This document shows, piece by piece, positions 40,183-50,562 of a DNA stretch of 64,000 nt. Under the pieces are notes generated by a model, which did not search any database, was not told where the DNA came from, and saw only the letters and a program-made list of their open reading frames with translations. Position numbers and translations under genes: made by a program. The stretch is from positions 672,001 to 736,000 of the forward strand of contig CP084166.1 in the NCBI GenBank assembly GCA_021513695.1. Reading direction: 5' to 3'. Each line of letters begins with the position of its first letter. Position 1 is the first letter of the stretch. This DNA is from Candidatus Heimdallarchaeum aukensis (GTDB taxonomy: Archaea; Asgardarchaeota; Heimdallarchaeia; Heimdallarchaeales; Heimdallarchaeaceae).

Positions 40183-42297
40183 TCAAATAATTAAATTCAA
40201 GATTTGATAAACAATTGTTGTTATCAAAGTTGTTAAGAACAAAGGCCACAGAATGCTAAATAGAGCCCATTTATTGCTGTTTGTTTCAGATTTTACAGCT
40301 GCAATTGTAGGAAAACATGGAGCATAAGTTAGTTGAAAGAGAAGGAAAGAAATTACTTGGGGGAAAGTCCATAGATTTAAGAGTACTGATTTCAGATCTC
40401 CTGATGCATATATTACTCCTAAAGCAACAATTATAGTCTCTTTTGCTGCTACACCAAAAACAAGAGGGGCAATCATTTCCCATGATAATCCCATTAAAGG
40501 ATAAGTGACGAAGGAGAAAACTTTTCCTAAATAACCTAAAATTGTAAATTCTGGTGAAACATTATAAGGTAAGTTACTTAGTATCCAAATGAATATAGAT
40601 GCTGAAAAAATGAATGTCCCGGCTTTTTTTACAAAAACACCAGCTCTACTCCATGTTAAGTAATAAATATTTTTTAAGATTGGTTTTCTATATTCTGGCA
40701 TTTCAAGAATCAAAGGTAAAGGATCTTCTTTTTCCATAAATAATCTAAGAATACTCGATGAAATAAGAGTTAGAAAGATGCTAAAAGCATACAATCCCAG
40801 CATAATTAATGATGCTTTCCATGGAGCAAAAAATATTCCTGTGATAAATGCAATAACACCTAAAGTTGCTGCACAAGGGATGAAAGAAAGAGAAACTATC
40901 ATTCTTATTCTGTCCTTAGGATTTTTTATAATTCTCGTTGCTAGAATCCCTGCTGCATTACAACCAAATCCCATTACTATTGAAAGAAAAGCTGTTCCTT
41001 GCAGACCAAATTTGCTCATAAACCTATCCATTAGATATGCAGAACGGGCTAGATATCCTGAATCTTCCATTATAGCTACAAGAGTATAAAAAACTATTAT
41101 TAATGGTAAAAATAAAAGAAAAGCACTGATCCCTGAAATAACTCCGTCTACTACAAAACTTGTAATTATTTCTGGAGAACTAGATTGTATCATTACTGAA
41201 CGAATATATTCTGCAAATAAATTAAGTAAGTAAGACATGCCATCTATTATTGGAGAAGATATAGAAAAAGAGATGAAGAAAAATAGGGCGTAAATTAGTA
41301 CCAAAATAGGATATCCAAATATTGGATGTAAAACTATTTTATCAATTTTATCGCTGAGTGTTTCTTTAAACTCAATATCTCCCTTAACTGATTGTGTTAC
41401 AATAGTATGCAATCCTGAATATTTTGTCTTTGCAATCTCTACTTTAGGGTTGATTTTTTCTTTTTCTTTTATTTCCTCTAATGTTTTCAATAGAATATCT
41501 AAATCGAATTCTTTAGCCAGTTCACTTTTGATCCAATTATCTTCTTCTAATAATTTTATTGCTATCCATCTTGTGGGATATTCTTTGAGAACTTTTCTAT
41601 CTTCTATCTGTTCTGAAATTTTCCTAATAAGTCCTTCAATTTTGTCTGAATAGAATATCTTTGCAGGATGAAAGTGGTATTTATCAGTGTGAAGAGCATC
41701 ATAGATAAATTTCTTAAGTTCTATAAGAGAGGAATCTCTTAAAGCACTTACTAAAATGACTGGAACACCTAACGAATTCTCTAATTTTTTCCTATTAATT
41801 TCAAGATTATGTTTCTCTGCAACATCGATCATATTTACAATAATTGCAACTTTATCTGTTAACTCAAAAGCTTGTAAAGCTAAATATAATGTTCTCTCTA
41901 ATCGCATAGCATCAGCAATTACACAGACCAAATCAGGTCTTTCTTGTACAATAAATTCTTCTGTTATTATTTCTTCATCTGACCTTCCAGAGAGTGAATA
42001 AGTTCCTGGTAAATCAACAACTGAAAAATATTCATCTGCTAAGATAAAATGACCTTCCTTCTTTTCAACTGTTTTCCCAGGCCAATTACCTATATGTTGA
42101 TGACTCCCAGTTAATTCATTAAATAAAGAAGACTTCCCTACATTTGGGTTCCCTAAAAAACCTATTACATGCTCTATTGAATGTTTCTTAGATGCATAAT
42201 AATTTCTCTTACATTTCTTCAATTTTTGTTTTTTCTTGTTTTTTCTTTTAGTGCTGTGACAATTACGAAAAACCATATTTTTACACATCGTCTCCAA
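40183..42297 (-). CDS. feoB: ferrous iron transporter FeoB (with unusual Lys-rich N-terminal extension in the ORF as called)
   Basis: G-domain GNPNVGKSSLFN, DLPGTYSL, and a large C-terminal polytopic membrane domain. The true start may be the internal Met (MVFRN...). Confidence 0.85.
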   Translation of the reverse strand: METMCKNMVFRNCHSTKRKNKKKQKLKKCKRNYYASKKHSIEHVIGFLGNPNVGKSSLFNELTGSHQHIGNWPGKTVEKKEGHFILADEYFSVVDLPGTYSLSGRSDEEIITEEFIVQERPDLVCVIADAMRLERTLYLALQAFELTDKVAIIVNMIDVAEKHNLEINRKKLENSLGVPVILVSALRDSSLIELKKFIYDALHTDKYHFHPAKIFYSDKIEGLIRKISEQIEDRKVLKEYPTRWIAIKLLEEDNWIKSELAKEFDLDILLKTLEEIKEKEKINPKVEIAKTKYSGLHTIVTQSVKGDIEFKETLSDKIDKIVLHPIFGYPILVLIYALFFFISFSISSPIIDGMSYLLNLFAEYIRSVMIQSSSPEIITSFVVDGVISGISAFLLFLPLIIVFYTLVAIMEDSGYLARSAYLMDRFMSKFGLQGTAFLSIVMGFGCNAAGILATRIIKNPKDRIRMIVSLSFIPCAATLGVIAFITGIFFAPWKASLIMLGLYAFSIFLTLISSSILRLFMEKEDPLPLILEMPEYRKPILKNIYYLTWSRAGVFVKKAGTFIFSASIFIWILSNLPYNVSPEFTILGYLGKVFSFVTYPLMGLSWEMIAPLVFGVAAKETIIVALGVIYASGDLKSVLLNLWTFPQVISFLLFQLTYAPCFPTIAAVKSETNSNKWALFSILWPLFLTTLITTIVYQILNLII

Positions 42298-42303
42298 TTC
42301 TTT

Positions 42304-42525
42304 TTATCGAACTAAGATTTTTTTTGCAAGCCCTCGACCAATTGCTACTCGAGTTTTTTTAACTTCTACAATTATTGGACCATAGTCGTTTTTTACTACT
42401 CTAACTTTTTCTCCTTCATGGATGCCTAAATCTGCAAGAAAATTGTGTGCTTTAAAACCAGCATTAATTAAGAATATATCTACTTTTTCTCCAGCTTTTA
42501 CATCAATTAATGCTTTTGTCATCAT
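42304..42525 (-). CDS. feoA: FeoA
   Basis: 73-aa SH3-like small protein immediately upstream of feoB. Confidence 0.7.
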   Translation of the reverse strand: MMTKALIDVKAGEKVDIFLINAGFKAHNFLADLGIHEGEKVRVVKNDYGPIIVEVKKTRVAIGRGLAKKILVR

Positions 42526-42723
42526 TCCTTTATCTACTACAAGGGTTTATAAAATTTTGGTTACCCGAAAATTTTAGGTGTTAAGAAAAGTTGCACAAAT
42601 GTTAATGGTAAATTATACTATAGGTTTAAAGCTAGAGAAAGAAAAGAAAAGTACAATTTTACAAGAATTCTTTGATTGATAAAATATGGACAAAAACATA
42701 CAAAAGAATAAAAAATGTTACTT

Positions 42724-43797
42724 TTAAACTGTTTTAACAACAGGAACATAGAGAATAATACGAGTACCCACAGTTTTTCCAGAACGGCGAATATCTTCAA
42801 CTTTTATATTTATCATGTATCTTTCCAATAATGTTTGAATTACTATAAGATCTAATTTCTTTATTGAAGGATATTCTATTAATGCTTTAGTCATTAATTC
42901 TTTCTTTTGTTCATTGGTTAAAATTGCACCTTCAAAGTGCAAAACAATTGTTGCTTGTTCTTTGTTATAGTCTGGCTCTCCAACTGTTATTTCAACGGCA
43001 ATTTTGTGAGAAACCCATTCGTAAACAGATAGAATAAGATTTACAAAAACCCTGTAATAGTAGTCATCTCCAGGAACATAAAAATTAGCTATTCTGATTA
43101 TTTCTATATCTAATATTGAATAAAAAAAGGATTTTAAGTATCTTACCGCATGATTAATAGCATCACCAATATTTTGATTTGTTAATTCTTCAAAATCACG
43201 AAGCATTAGCATGATATTTATATTTTGAACCAAGTAAATGTTTCGCACTGTTAAATCTCTTACTTTTTCAATTAATTGTAATGATGATTCAGAGAGTTCA
43301 GAGTTTACTCCGGCAATTTGCTTAAAAAAGTCAATAAAACCTATTTCAGCATGCAACTTATTTAACAAATCATGTTGAAATAATTCATAAAGAAATTTTC
43401 TTTGAGCATCCGATTGCGCAAGTTCATGGACATCTTTACATATAAAAACAAGATAATTTGATTGTTCATCGCCTATTTTTGTTATAGTTACGTCAAATAA
43501 ACGTATTCCTTGACTTGGTGTATCAAGAGATAAACGCTGCACTGTATATCCTTCTTTTAACACTATTTCGATTAAAGATTTAAGTTTCCTAGACTCCACG
43601 CACCAATTACAAATGTTTTTTCCTCTAATTTGGTTTAAAGTTGTTCTAAAGTATCTTAGAGTTTTGATATTGGCATCTACTATATTACCTTGTATATCTG
43701 TCAATAAGATTAGATCAGGACTATTTTGAAATATTACGTCAAAGGTATCTCGAAGAATGTCAAACTCCCCTTTTTGAATATCTGAAATAAAGAACAC
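42724..43797 (-). CDS. cytoplasmic PAS-domain sensor kinase-like protein
   Basis: N-terminal PAS-like region, H-box-like FQHDLLNKLHAEIGF, and a degenerate C-terminal ATPase region. Confidence 0.45.
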   Translation of the reverse strand: MFFISDIQKGEFDILRDTFDVIFQNSPDLILLTDIQGNIVDANIKTLRYFRTTLNQIRGKNICNWCVESRKLKSLIEIVLKEGYTVQRLSLDTPSQGIRLFDVTITKIGDEQSNYLVFICKDVHELAQSDAQRKFLYELFQHDLLNKLHAEIGFIDFFKQIAGVNSELSESSLQLIEKVRDLTVRNIYLVQNINIMLMLRDFEELTNQNIGDAINHAVRYLKSFFYSILDIEIIRIANFYVPGDDYYYRVFVNLILSVYEWVSHKIAVEITVGEPDYNKEQATIVLHFEGAILTNEQKKELMTKALIEYPSIKKLDLIVIQTLLERYMINIKVEDIRRSGKTVGTRIILYVPVVKTV

Positions 43798-44102
43798 CTC
43801 TCTAAGTATAGTATTTTTTTCATAATTTTCTCATTATCAATCTAACTACACTATTAATTTAAAAATATATCTCTTAAATATTTATTGAGTGAAATAAAGC
43901 ATTAAGTATTGACATTTTACTTTGGATTTATTGCTGTTCTTATGTTTCATCATTGATTAATTAAGATTTCCTCAAAGTAATCTACAACTTATTATCTAAA
44001 AAAGTCATTCAGTTAATTCAATCATATTTAACATTAAAAAATAGTCTTGAAATATATATATCTTCAAGTCCCATATAGTAATATCAAAATTTCAAAGAAC
44101 AA

Positions 44103-44819
44103 TTATTCGGAACTTTTAATAAGTATTTTTTTTAAGACTTTTTCAGCAGCTTTTTTTCTAGCTATTTTTTTCTTTTCTCCAACTGCTCTTTCACAAATAA
44201 TTACATTCCCTAAATTTACTTGACATTCTATTTCAAATTCAGGGCGGTGCTCTTCTCCTCTTTTTTCGATTAAAATAAATTTGGGCATGTCAATCTTATT
44301 TTTTTGACAATATTCTTGTAATTCATTTATTGGATTTTGTTCACATACAGATTGCTCTAGTAGTTTTTCTAAACCTTCTTTAGTTTTACTTTGATTTTTT
44401 ATTGTTTCAAGCTTTTCCTCAAAGATCATTATTACAAACTTTTCTGCTTCTTCTGCTCCTTTACTAACATATATTGCTCCACACATTGCCTCGACACAAT
44501 CTTCTATATCTGAATCTAATATATGATAGTCTTGTGCTGTTATGATATATTTTGCTACATTCAATTTTTTACCTACTTCTGCAAGAGAATCAGTTCTGAC
44601 AACAATTGATCTGAGTTTAGTAAGAATTCCTTCTTTTTCATCAATATTCAGATATAACCATTTAGCAACAACTAGATCAATGACAGCGTCACCTACAAAT
44701 TCAAGTCTTTCATAATTAGGAATGGATGATTGATCAGTGTAGCTAGGGTGTAAAAAAGCTTCAGTAAGTACTTTTTCATCAAGCTTAAGAGTGTCTTTGA
44801 GGTATGAATAAATCTCCAT
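44103..44819 (-). CDS. rnc: ribonuclease III
   Basis: Signature ERLEFVGDAV, catalytic acidic residues, and a C-terminal dsRBD-like region with the KKKIARKKAAEK basic helix. Confidence 0.8.
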   Translation of the reverse strand: MEIYSYLKDTLKLDEKVLTEAFLHPSYTDQSSIPNYERLEFVGDAVIDLVVAKWLYLNIDEKEGILTKLRSIVVRTDSLAEVGKKLNVAKYIITAQDYHILDSDIEDCVEAMCGAIYVSKGAEEAEKFVIMIFEEKLETIKNQSKTKEGLEKLLEQSVCEQNPINELQEYCQKNKIDMPKFILIEKRGEEHRPEFEIECQVNLGNVIICERAVGEKKKIARKKAAEKVLKKILIKSSE

Positions 44820-44911
44820 AGAAAATTAATTTTTAACACAAAAAAAAAGGTTTTGATTAAATCTCTGAATTATTTAGAAATTTTTATTTAGTTTAATGTG
44901 GCTTTGATTTT

Positions 44912-45850
44912 ATGTACTCAATCATTGACACACATATGGATTCATTTGTAAGTGGTAATCAGTATGCTCCGAGGGATTTTGGAAAGAAAACTAATATTGG
45001 ACATGTAGACTATTACAGACTTAAAGAAGGGAATGTTTCTGCAGGTTTCTTTGCAGTCTATCCAGCACATAGTGATTATCTACTAAACTGGGGTACAAAC
45101 GCTTGGTTTGAAATATTGGAGAACTATCCAGAATATTTTTGTCAAATTAAGAAATTTAACGATTTAAAAAAGGTACAAAGTAGCGAAAAAGTTGGTGCGA
45201 TTCTTCATTTTGAAGGTTCAGGGGGTATTGATTCAGAATTTAATAATTTGAAGAACTTTTATCGTATTGGATTAAGAAGCATGGGAATTACTTGGTCCAA
45301 TATGAACAGATTCGGAACAGGAGTTGGAACGAATAAAGACAGAGGTTTAACTGCTGAAGGAAAAGAATTAGTTCAAGAAATGAACAGATTAGGGATTATT
45401 GTAGATGTCAGTCATTTAAATGAAAAGAGTTTTTGGGATGTTATAGAAGTTTCCAACAAACCTGTGATAGCATCACACAGTAATGCTTGGGAAATATGTA
45501 ATCACAAACGTAATTTAAAAGATGACCAAATTGAAGCAATAAAAGAATCAGGTGGTACTATAGGACTTAACCTTTGTATTAGTTTTCTAAAAGAAAAAGT
45601 CGAAAAACCAGAAAAAATAGGATTTAAGCATATCATTAAGCACATTAATTACATTGTAAAAAAAGCTGGAATTGACCATCTAACTTTAGGTTCAGACTTC
45701 GATGGAGCTCGTGTTCCTGAAGTCATAAAAGACGTAAGCTATTATCCTAATTTAATTAGAATATTAGAAGGAGAAGGTTATTCTTCAGAAGATATAGAAA
45801 AAATTACTCATAAAAATATTGAAAGAGTGATAAAAAAAGTATGGAAATAA
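44912..45850 (+). CDS. membrane dipeptidase, peptidase family M19
   Basis: IIDTHMDSF (HxD), DVSHLNEKSFWDV, PVIASHSNAW..HKRNLKDDQIEAIKESGGTIGLN match the renal-dipeptidase family pattern. Confidence 0.75.
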   Translation: MYSIIDTHMDSFVSGNQYAPRDFGKKTNIGHVDYYRLKEGNVSAGFFAVYPAHSDYLLNWGTNAWFEILENYPEYFCQIKKFNDLKKVQSSEKVGAILHFEGSGGIDSEFNNLKNFYRIGLRSMGITWSNMNRFGTGVGTNKDRGLTAEGKELVQEMNRLGIIVDVSHLNEKSFWDVIEVSNKPVIASHSNAWEICNHKRNLKDDQIEAIKESGGTIGLNLCISFLKEKVEKPEKIGFKHIIKHINYIVKKAGIDHLTLGSDFDGARVPEVIKDVSYYPNLIRILEGEGYSSEDIEKITHKNIERVIKKVWK

Positions 45851-45853
45851 TTT

Positions 45854-46303
45854 TTACTCAAGTTCATTATCTTTGTTTATTTTTATTCTTCTCCCAAAAC
45901 CTTCGTCATCTTCAATTAACAATCCTTTAGAAAGGAGTTTATCCACTCTTTCTCTTATTATTCTTCTAGAAGCCGTTCCCCTCTCTTTTCTAACAGCTTC
46001 AGTAAGCTGAGAAATGTTCAATGGCCCCTTTCTTTCTAAAGCAGAGATTATAGCTTTTGATATTTCATCATATCTTAGGAATGGATTTTTTTCAACAATT
46101 GTCTGTGTTAAACTTTTTGTTTTCCTGTATACAGAAAAAGGTGCTTGAGATAGTTGCAATGTGTTTACTACTACTTGAAGTAAATTCAGAATATTATCAA
46201 TATCTTGACCTTGTTCTTTTAAGCTGTTGACTTGTTGTATTAGTTCATTTATCTTGTTCTCCATTGCATTTAACTTCTCTTCAATTGTTTCGTCATCAGC
46301 CAA
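45854..46303 (-). CDS. coiled-coil plus winged-helix DNA-binding protein
   Basis: N-terminal heptad-rich segment. C-terminal LERKGPLNISQLTEAV...LLSKGLLIEDDEG wHTH. Confidence 0.35.
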   Translation of the reverse strand: MADDETIEEKLNAMENKINELIQQVNSLKEQGQDIDNILNLLQVVVNTLQLSQAPFSVYRKTKSLTQTIVEKNPFLRYDEISKAIISALERKGPLNISQLTEAVRKERGTASRRIIRERVDKLLSKGLLIEDDEGFGRRIKINKDNELE

Positions 46304-46632
46304 CAGTTTTCACCTTGGATTCAAATGCTTTTATTAAGTTTAAAATCAAGCAAATTTCTTAATTTAAAAGTTCCAGTTATATATTTATATTGCTTTACCA
46401 GGTCTTTTCTTATATTTCTAGGAACATCAAAAGCTATTAAAGTTCTTTTAAGCTTAAATATCGCTCTCCTCTTCATAATAAAGTTACGTAAAAAAATGTA
46501 AAAAAGAAAAGGGGGAGAAAAAAGTAGGATTTTCAGGATATAATAGATAGAAAGAAAAATTTGACCTACTTTTTTCAGTCTTTGTTTTTGCATTGTAATC
46601 ACAGTTTTTTTTGAAACCTTATAGTAGAGTAA

Positions 46633-47010
46633 TTATTTTTCTTCATCTTCTTCGATGTGTTTTTCAATTTTAACTTGCTTTCCAGTACCTGATTTAATAG
46701 CATCTCCAATAATATTGATTGAACTAGCATATCGCATTACAATTTCTCTGATCATATCTTCAGGTAATCCTTGTTCTTTTAGCTGCTGATAGAGTTGTCC
46801 CACTCCTTTTCCATATTCTTGAGCTATATCTGCACTGTATAACGAACTGAAAATGTTTTTTATAAGGGTTGGTACTTCTGTTGAGACAACAGAAAGTATT
46901 TCTTTAACTTCTTCTGCATCACTTATTTTATCCTTTTTTGTTTTGAATTCTTTTTGGTTTTCCATAATTATAACCTCTTTTTGTTCTAATAAAATATTAT
47001 CATTGGTCAC
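46633..47010 (-). CDS. hypothetical protein
   Basis: 125-aa acidic ORF, no motif. Confidence 0.3.
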   Translation of the reverse strand: MTNDNILLEQKEVIIMENQKEFKTKKDKISDAEEVKEILSVVSTEVPTLIKNIFSSLYSADIAQEYGKGVGQLYQQLKEQGLPEDMIREIVMRYASSINIIGDAIKSGTGKQVKIEKHIEEDEEK

Positions 47011-47082
47011 TGTTTTTTTACATTTCGAAAAGAAGTGACCAAACGATGGTCAGTTTAGTGAAAAGAAGAATTACCCTTTTTT

Positions 47083-48339
47083 TCAGATCTGTATTTTCCT
47101 TGCCATTACATACTTTTTTATAAAAACAAAAAGAACTATAGAAAAGAGGAACGAAACGATTGAAATGTAGAAACTTACTTTCAACATAGAGATTATGGTT
47201 GTGGTTTTATCAGCAACTATACCTAACAATATTACTCCAGCTATTATTCCTAATAGTCCTATAGAGTTAAAGATACCATATGCTGTAGCTCTTCTTTTTA
47301 CGTTTGACAATGAAGTTACTACCCAGTAAAAAGAGATGTTATAGATAGGATACATCGGAACACTGTAAAAAATTAAATTCAAAACTGAATTGTAAGGATT
47401 GAAGGTCATTATTCCAAAAATAATTGCTTGAAAAAACGAAAAAATCATAATCAGAGATGCATTCTTAAGATCAGTTTTCACTTTACCTAAAAGATAAGAA
47501 ACAAAAATTCCTAAAATAGTAACAACAACAAGAAAGTTTGAATAAACCCTTGCTTTTATTTCTAAAAAGTCTATAAAGTATAACGTATTAAAAGACCAAA
47601 ATCCTCCAGAAGCTGCCTGAAAGACAAAACTCAGAGCAATTAAAATAGCAAAAGGAGTAACGAAATCAGTTATTTTTTCTTTACCATCCAAAGAGTTGAC
47701 TTCTGTTTTTTCTTGTTCTAGTTCCTTGCTTTCTTTAACAAAAAATATGATAATTAATGAAACAAAACATGAAATAGAAGCTATACTCATTTGGATTTGA
47801 TAAGAATTATCCATTGTATCAAAAATCTTTCCTGCGATAGGACTCATGATTAACCAAGATAAACTCATAACTATTGATATTTTACTTAAAACAACTTCTT
47901 TTGTCTTTTTTGTACTTTTTGTAGCTAATGCATAAATATTTCCAGTTTGAGCTGAACCAAATAAAAAGCCAATAAAAATTACTACTAGAAAAAAAGTAGA
48001 GGAGTTAGAAAATATAAGAGAAAAATACATTAGAGCCATGGAGCCTAGTCCTAAAATAACAAATTTTTTAGGGAGAAAGATATCTGCTAGTCTTCCCCAT
48101 ATTGGAGTTCCAACTACAATCATTGCATTGGTAATAATGCTAATAGCTCCTAAGGCTGAATAACTGTTGACACTAAATATCTCCTTTAGATAAACAGGCG
48201 CATAAGGTGAAAAATTTGCAAATGAAAGAGAAACAAAAAAGATCGCTAACAAAATTAAAATCTCATTTCTCTCAAAATGATAAATAGGATATCCTTTTTT
48301 TTCTTCTTTAAAATTTGTAGAAGAAGTTAGCGAATCCAT
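47083..48339 (-). CDS. MFS transporter
   Basis: 12 TM helices in 6+6 arrangement, GRLAD motif after TM2. Confidence 0.6.
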   Translation of the reverse strand: MDSLTSSTNFKEEKKGYPIYHFERNEILILLAIFFVSLSFANFSPYAPVYLKEIFSVNSYSALGAISIITNAMIVVGTPIWGRLADIFLPKKFVILGLGSMALMYFSLIFSNSSTFFLVVIFIGFLFGSAQTGNIYALATKSTKKTKEVVLSKISIVMSLSWLIMSPIAGKIFDTMDNSYQIQMSIASISCFVSLIIIFFVKESKELEQEKTEVNSLDGKEKITDFVTPFAILIALSFVFQAASGGFWSFNTLYFIDFLEIKARVYSNFLVVVTILGIFVSYLLGKVKTDLKNASLIMIFSFFQAIIFGIMTFNPYNSVLNLIFYSVPMYPIYNISFYWVVTSLSNVKRRATAYGIFNSIGLLGIIAGVILLGIVADKTTTIISMLKVSFYISIVSFLFSIVLFVFIKKYVMARKIQI

Positions 48340-48483
48340 AATTTCAAGATTTAATGTTGAATATTAACTTTTCTGAATATAATTGAAAAAACTGCTTTAA
48401 CTTTAAAAAATGTAAATTTAGCTTTTTTTCGATTAAGAATAAAAAGACTCTTCAAGCTGTAGCGAAAAATTGATATTCTTGTT

Positions 48484-48493
48484 TTTTTAATAT
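48484..48493 (+). promoter_or_regulatory. TATA-box-like element (TTTTTAATAT) about 25 nt upstream of the ATG at 48516
   Basis: AT box at archaeal promoter spacing. Confidence 0.25.
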
Positions 48494-48515
48494 GAAATTG
48501 AGTGTTTGATTGTAA

Positions 48516-49694
48516 ATGGCTAACGCAAGTAGTGTTAAAGATATTCTTATAGAAATGAAGACACTTTCTGAAATATGCATTGATTTAGCTTTTGCTTCCT
48601 TAATGTATTCAGATGAATTAGTAGCCAAGCAAGTTTTTGTTATTGAAAAACAAATAGATGAACTTTACAAAAAGCTTCTTACACACCTTTCTTTATCAAT
48701 AAAAAGCACATCTATGGCTCAACAGTTTCATATTTACTTCACAATTGGAGAAGCTACAAACATCATCTCCGATTCAGCTGCTGACATTGCGTCCCTAGTT
48801 CAAAGGAATATAGTTGTCGATGATGAAATAAAAGAATTACAAAATCACATGGAACAAGTTGTAGATTTAGTAAGGATAAACGAGAAATCAATTTTTATCG
48901 GAGAATCTGAGCTTTCTTCTGACATACATGATGTTATTGGAGTAGACATTGTAGGAATAATTAGGCCTGAAGAAGGATTCTTCACAGAGTATAATAAAAT
49001 AATGAAAGAAGGAGATTTAGTTATTTTTCGAGCCCCTTTAGAATGTGCGAATGCTTTTATAATGCTCGCTAACGGAGAGATTACTTCTGTTGATGAAGCG
49101 AGAGTAAGAATCATCGAACAAAAAGAAAAGGAACCAGAAAAGAAACTAAGAAGACATCAAGAGCTACTTGTAGATATGAAAGAAAAAGCTGAATTGCTTG
49201 TAGATTTTGCTTATATCCTTGCTCTTGAAGACCTTCCAAATATTAAGAATCTTATCATTCAAACAGAAGAGGAGATAGATGATCTTCAATATAAAATTAT
49301 TGAAGAAGTATTATCTTTGTATAAGAATGACAAAATATCAAAAAGTACTTTAATTGCTTATTTAAGAATGGCAGACTCCTTTGAAGAGATAGCTGATGCT
49401 GCAGTAAAAATAGCTTTTGGCATAGCCACAAAGCACAAACCCTATAGAATTTTAGAGGAAATTGTTGATGATTCATCAGAAGCACTTTATTTTATTAATG
49501 TGACTTCTGATTCTCCTTACCTTAACAAAACAGTTAGAGAAGCAGAGCAAACTGGAGACTATTTCCAGATATTAGCAATTAAGAGAAAAGGAAAAATGAT
49601 TTTTGAACCTGAAGGAGAGATCATAATTAGAAAAGGAGATGGATTAATAATTAAAGAATTCTCTAGTCCAGAAGATGAGAAAAAAGAAGAGTAG
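48516..49694 (+). CDS. PhoU-like domain protein with TrkA-C-like domains
   Basis: Two helical PhoU-like repeats interleaved with two small beta-rich TrkA-C-like segments (DLVIFRAPL..., GDGLIIKE). Confidence 0.4.
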   Translation: MANASSVKDILIEMKTLSEICIDLAFASLMYSDELVAKQVFVIEKQIDELYKKLLTHLSLSIKSTSMAQQFHIYFTIGEATNIISDSAADIASLVQRNIVVDDEIKELQNHMEQVVDLVRINEKSIFIGESELSSDIHDVIGVDIVGIIRPEEGFFTEYNKIMKEGDLVIFRAPLECANAFIMLANGEITSVDEARVRIIEQKEKEPEKKLRRHQELLVDMKEKAELLVDFAYILALEDLPNIKNLIIQTEEEIDDLQYKIIEEVLSLYKNDKISKSTLIAYLRMADSFEEIADAAVKIAFGIATKHKPYRILEEIVDDSSEALYFINVTSDSPYLNKTVREAEQTGDYFQILAIKRKGKMIFEPEGEIIIRKGDGLIIKEFSSPEDEKKEE

Positions 49695-49695
49695 C

Positions 49696-50526
49696 TTAAC
49701 AGAGTGACTCAATCCACTGAATCATATCCTCTATCGCTCCTTTTCCATCCTCAAATATTTCATTATATATCTCATGCTTGCAGTTATCATAAACTATTTT
49801 CTTTTTATTTTCAGAGCCGAAAGAGTTAAACAATTCTTCCTGACCAATCATAGTTGTGTCATCTTTTCCATATTGCATCAAAATTGGAACAGTAATCTGT
49901 TTAAGCTGTTCTTTTACTTTTTTGTAGTGAGTAACGAAATTCTTTCCTAATGCACAAGTAGCTGTTTTATAATTAACTAAAGTGTCATTTATGTATTTCT
50001 CCACATTTTCTTTGTTATAAGATAGACCATTAGGATCAAGCATTGAAGGCAGTCGCAACTTTGGAGCAACAGTACCTAAAAATATCACAATTGGGTTTAA
50101 GATTACAGGATTTGTGCTGTTTCTTGTTCCTGTTCCTGAAAGTATCATTCCTTTGATTTTATCTTGATATTTAATGGCATAGGAATAGGCTATTATACTC
50201 CCCATTGAATGACCTAATATGAATAGGGGTAAATTTTTGTACTCTTTTGTTATTATATCAGTTAATATTTTTTCGTCTTCAACATATTCAAAGAAACTCT
50301 TTGCATGATTCCTTACCCCCTCACTTTTCCCATGCCCCCTATGATCATCCGCGACAACTATAAATCCTCTAGAATTTAGTTTCTTTGCTACATGTTGATA
50401 TCGACCCGAGTGCTCTCCAAAGCCGTGGAAAATTTGAACAATTCCCTTAGGATTTTCAACTTTCCAAATTCTATAAAAGATATTTAGATTATCTTTTGTT
50501 TCAAATGAACTTTCTTTATAATTCAT
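49696..50526 (-). CDS. alpha/beta hydrolase (lysophospholipase/monoacylglycerol lipase-like)
   Basis: HGFGEHSGRY, nucleophile elbow GHSMGS, C-terminal Asp/His. Confidence 0.75.
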   Translation of the reverse strand: MNYKESSFETKDNLNIFYRIWKVENPKGIVQIFHGFGEHSGRYQHVAKKLNSRGFIVVADDHRGHGKSEGVRNHAKSFFEYVEDEKILTDIITKEYKNLPLFILGHSMGSIIAYSYAIKYQDKIKGMILSGTGTRNSTNPVILNPIVIFLGTVAPKLRLPSMLDPNGLSYNKENVEKYINDTLVNYKTATCALGKNFVTHYKKVKEQLKQITVPILMQYGKDDTTMIGQEELFNSFGSENKKKIVYDNCKHEIYNEIFEDGKGAIEDMIQWIESLC

Positions 50527-50562
50527 AATGAAAAAAAAGAGGAAGGTAAAAATAAATTTTTT

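Noticed and set aside
40183-40250. 74-aa ORF (40025-40249) and 65-aa ORF (40286-40483) around the feoB 3' end
   Set aside because: Overlapping or shadow ORFs with no motifs. The region is explained by feoB and the intergenic spacer.
46321-46602. 93-aa reverse ORF between the wHTH gene and 46633-47010
   Set aside because: Hydrophobic and Lys-rich low complexity. No start context or motif. Probably non-coding spacer.
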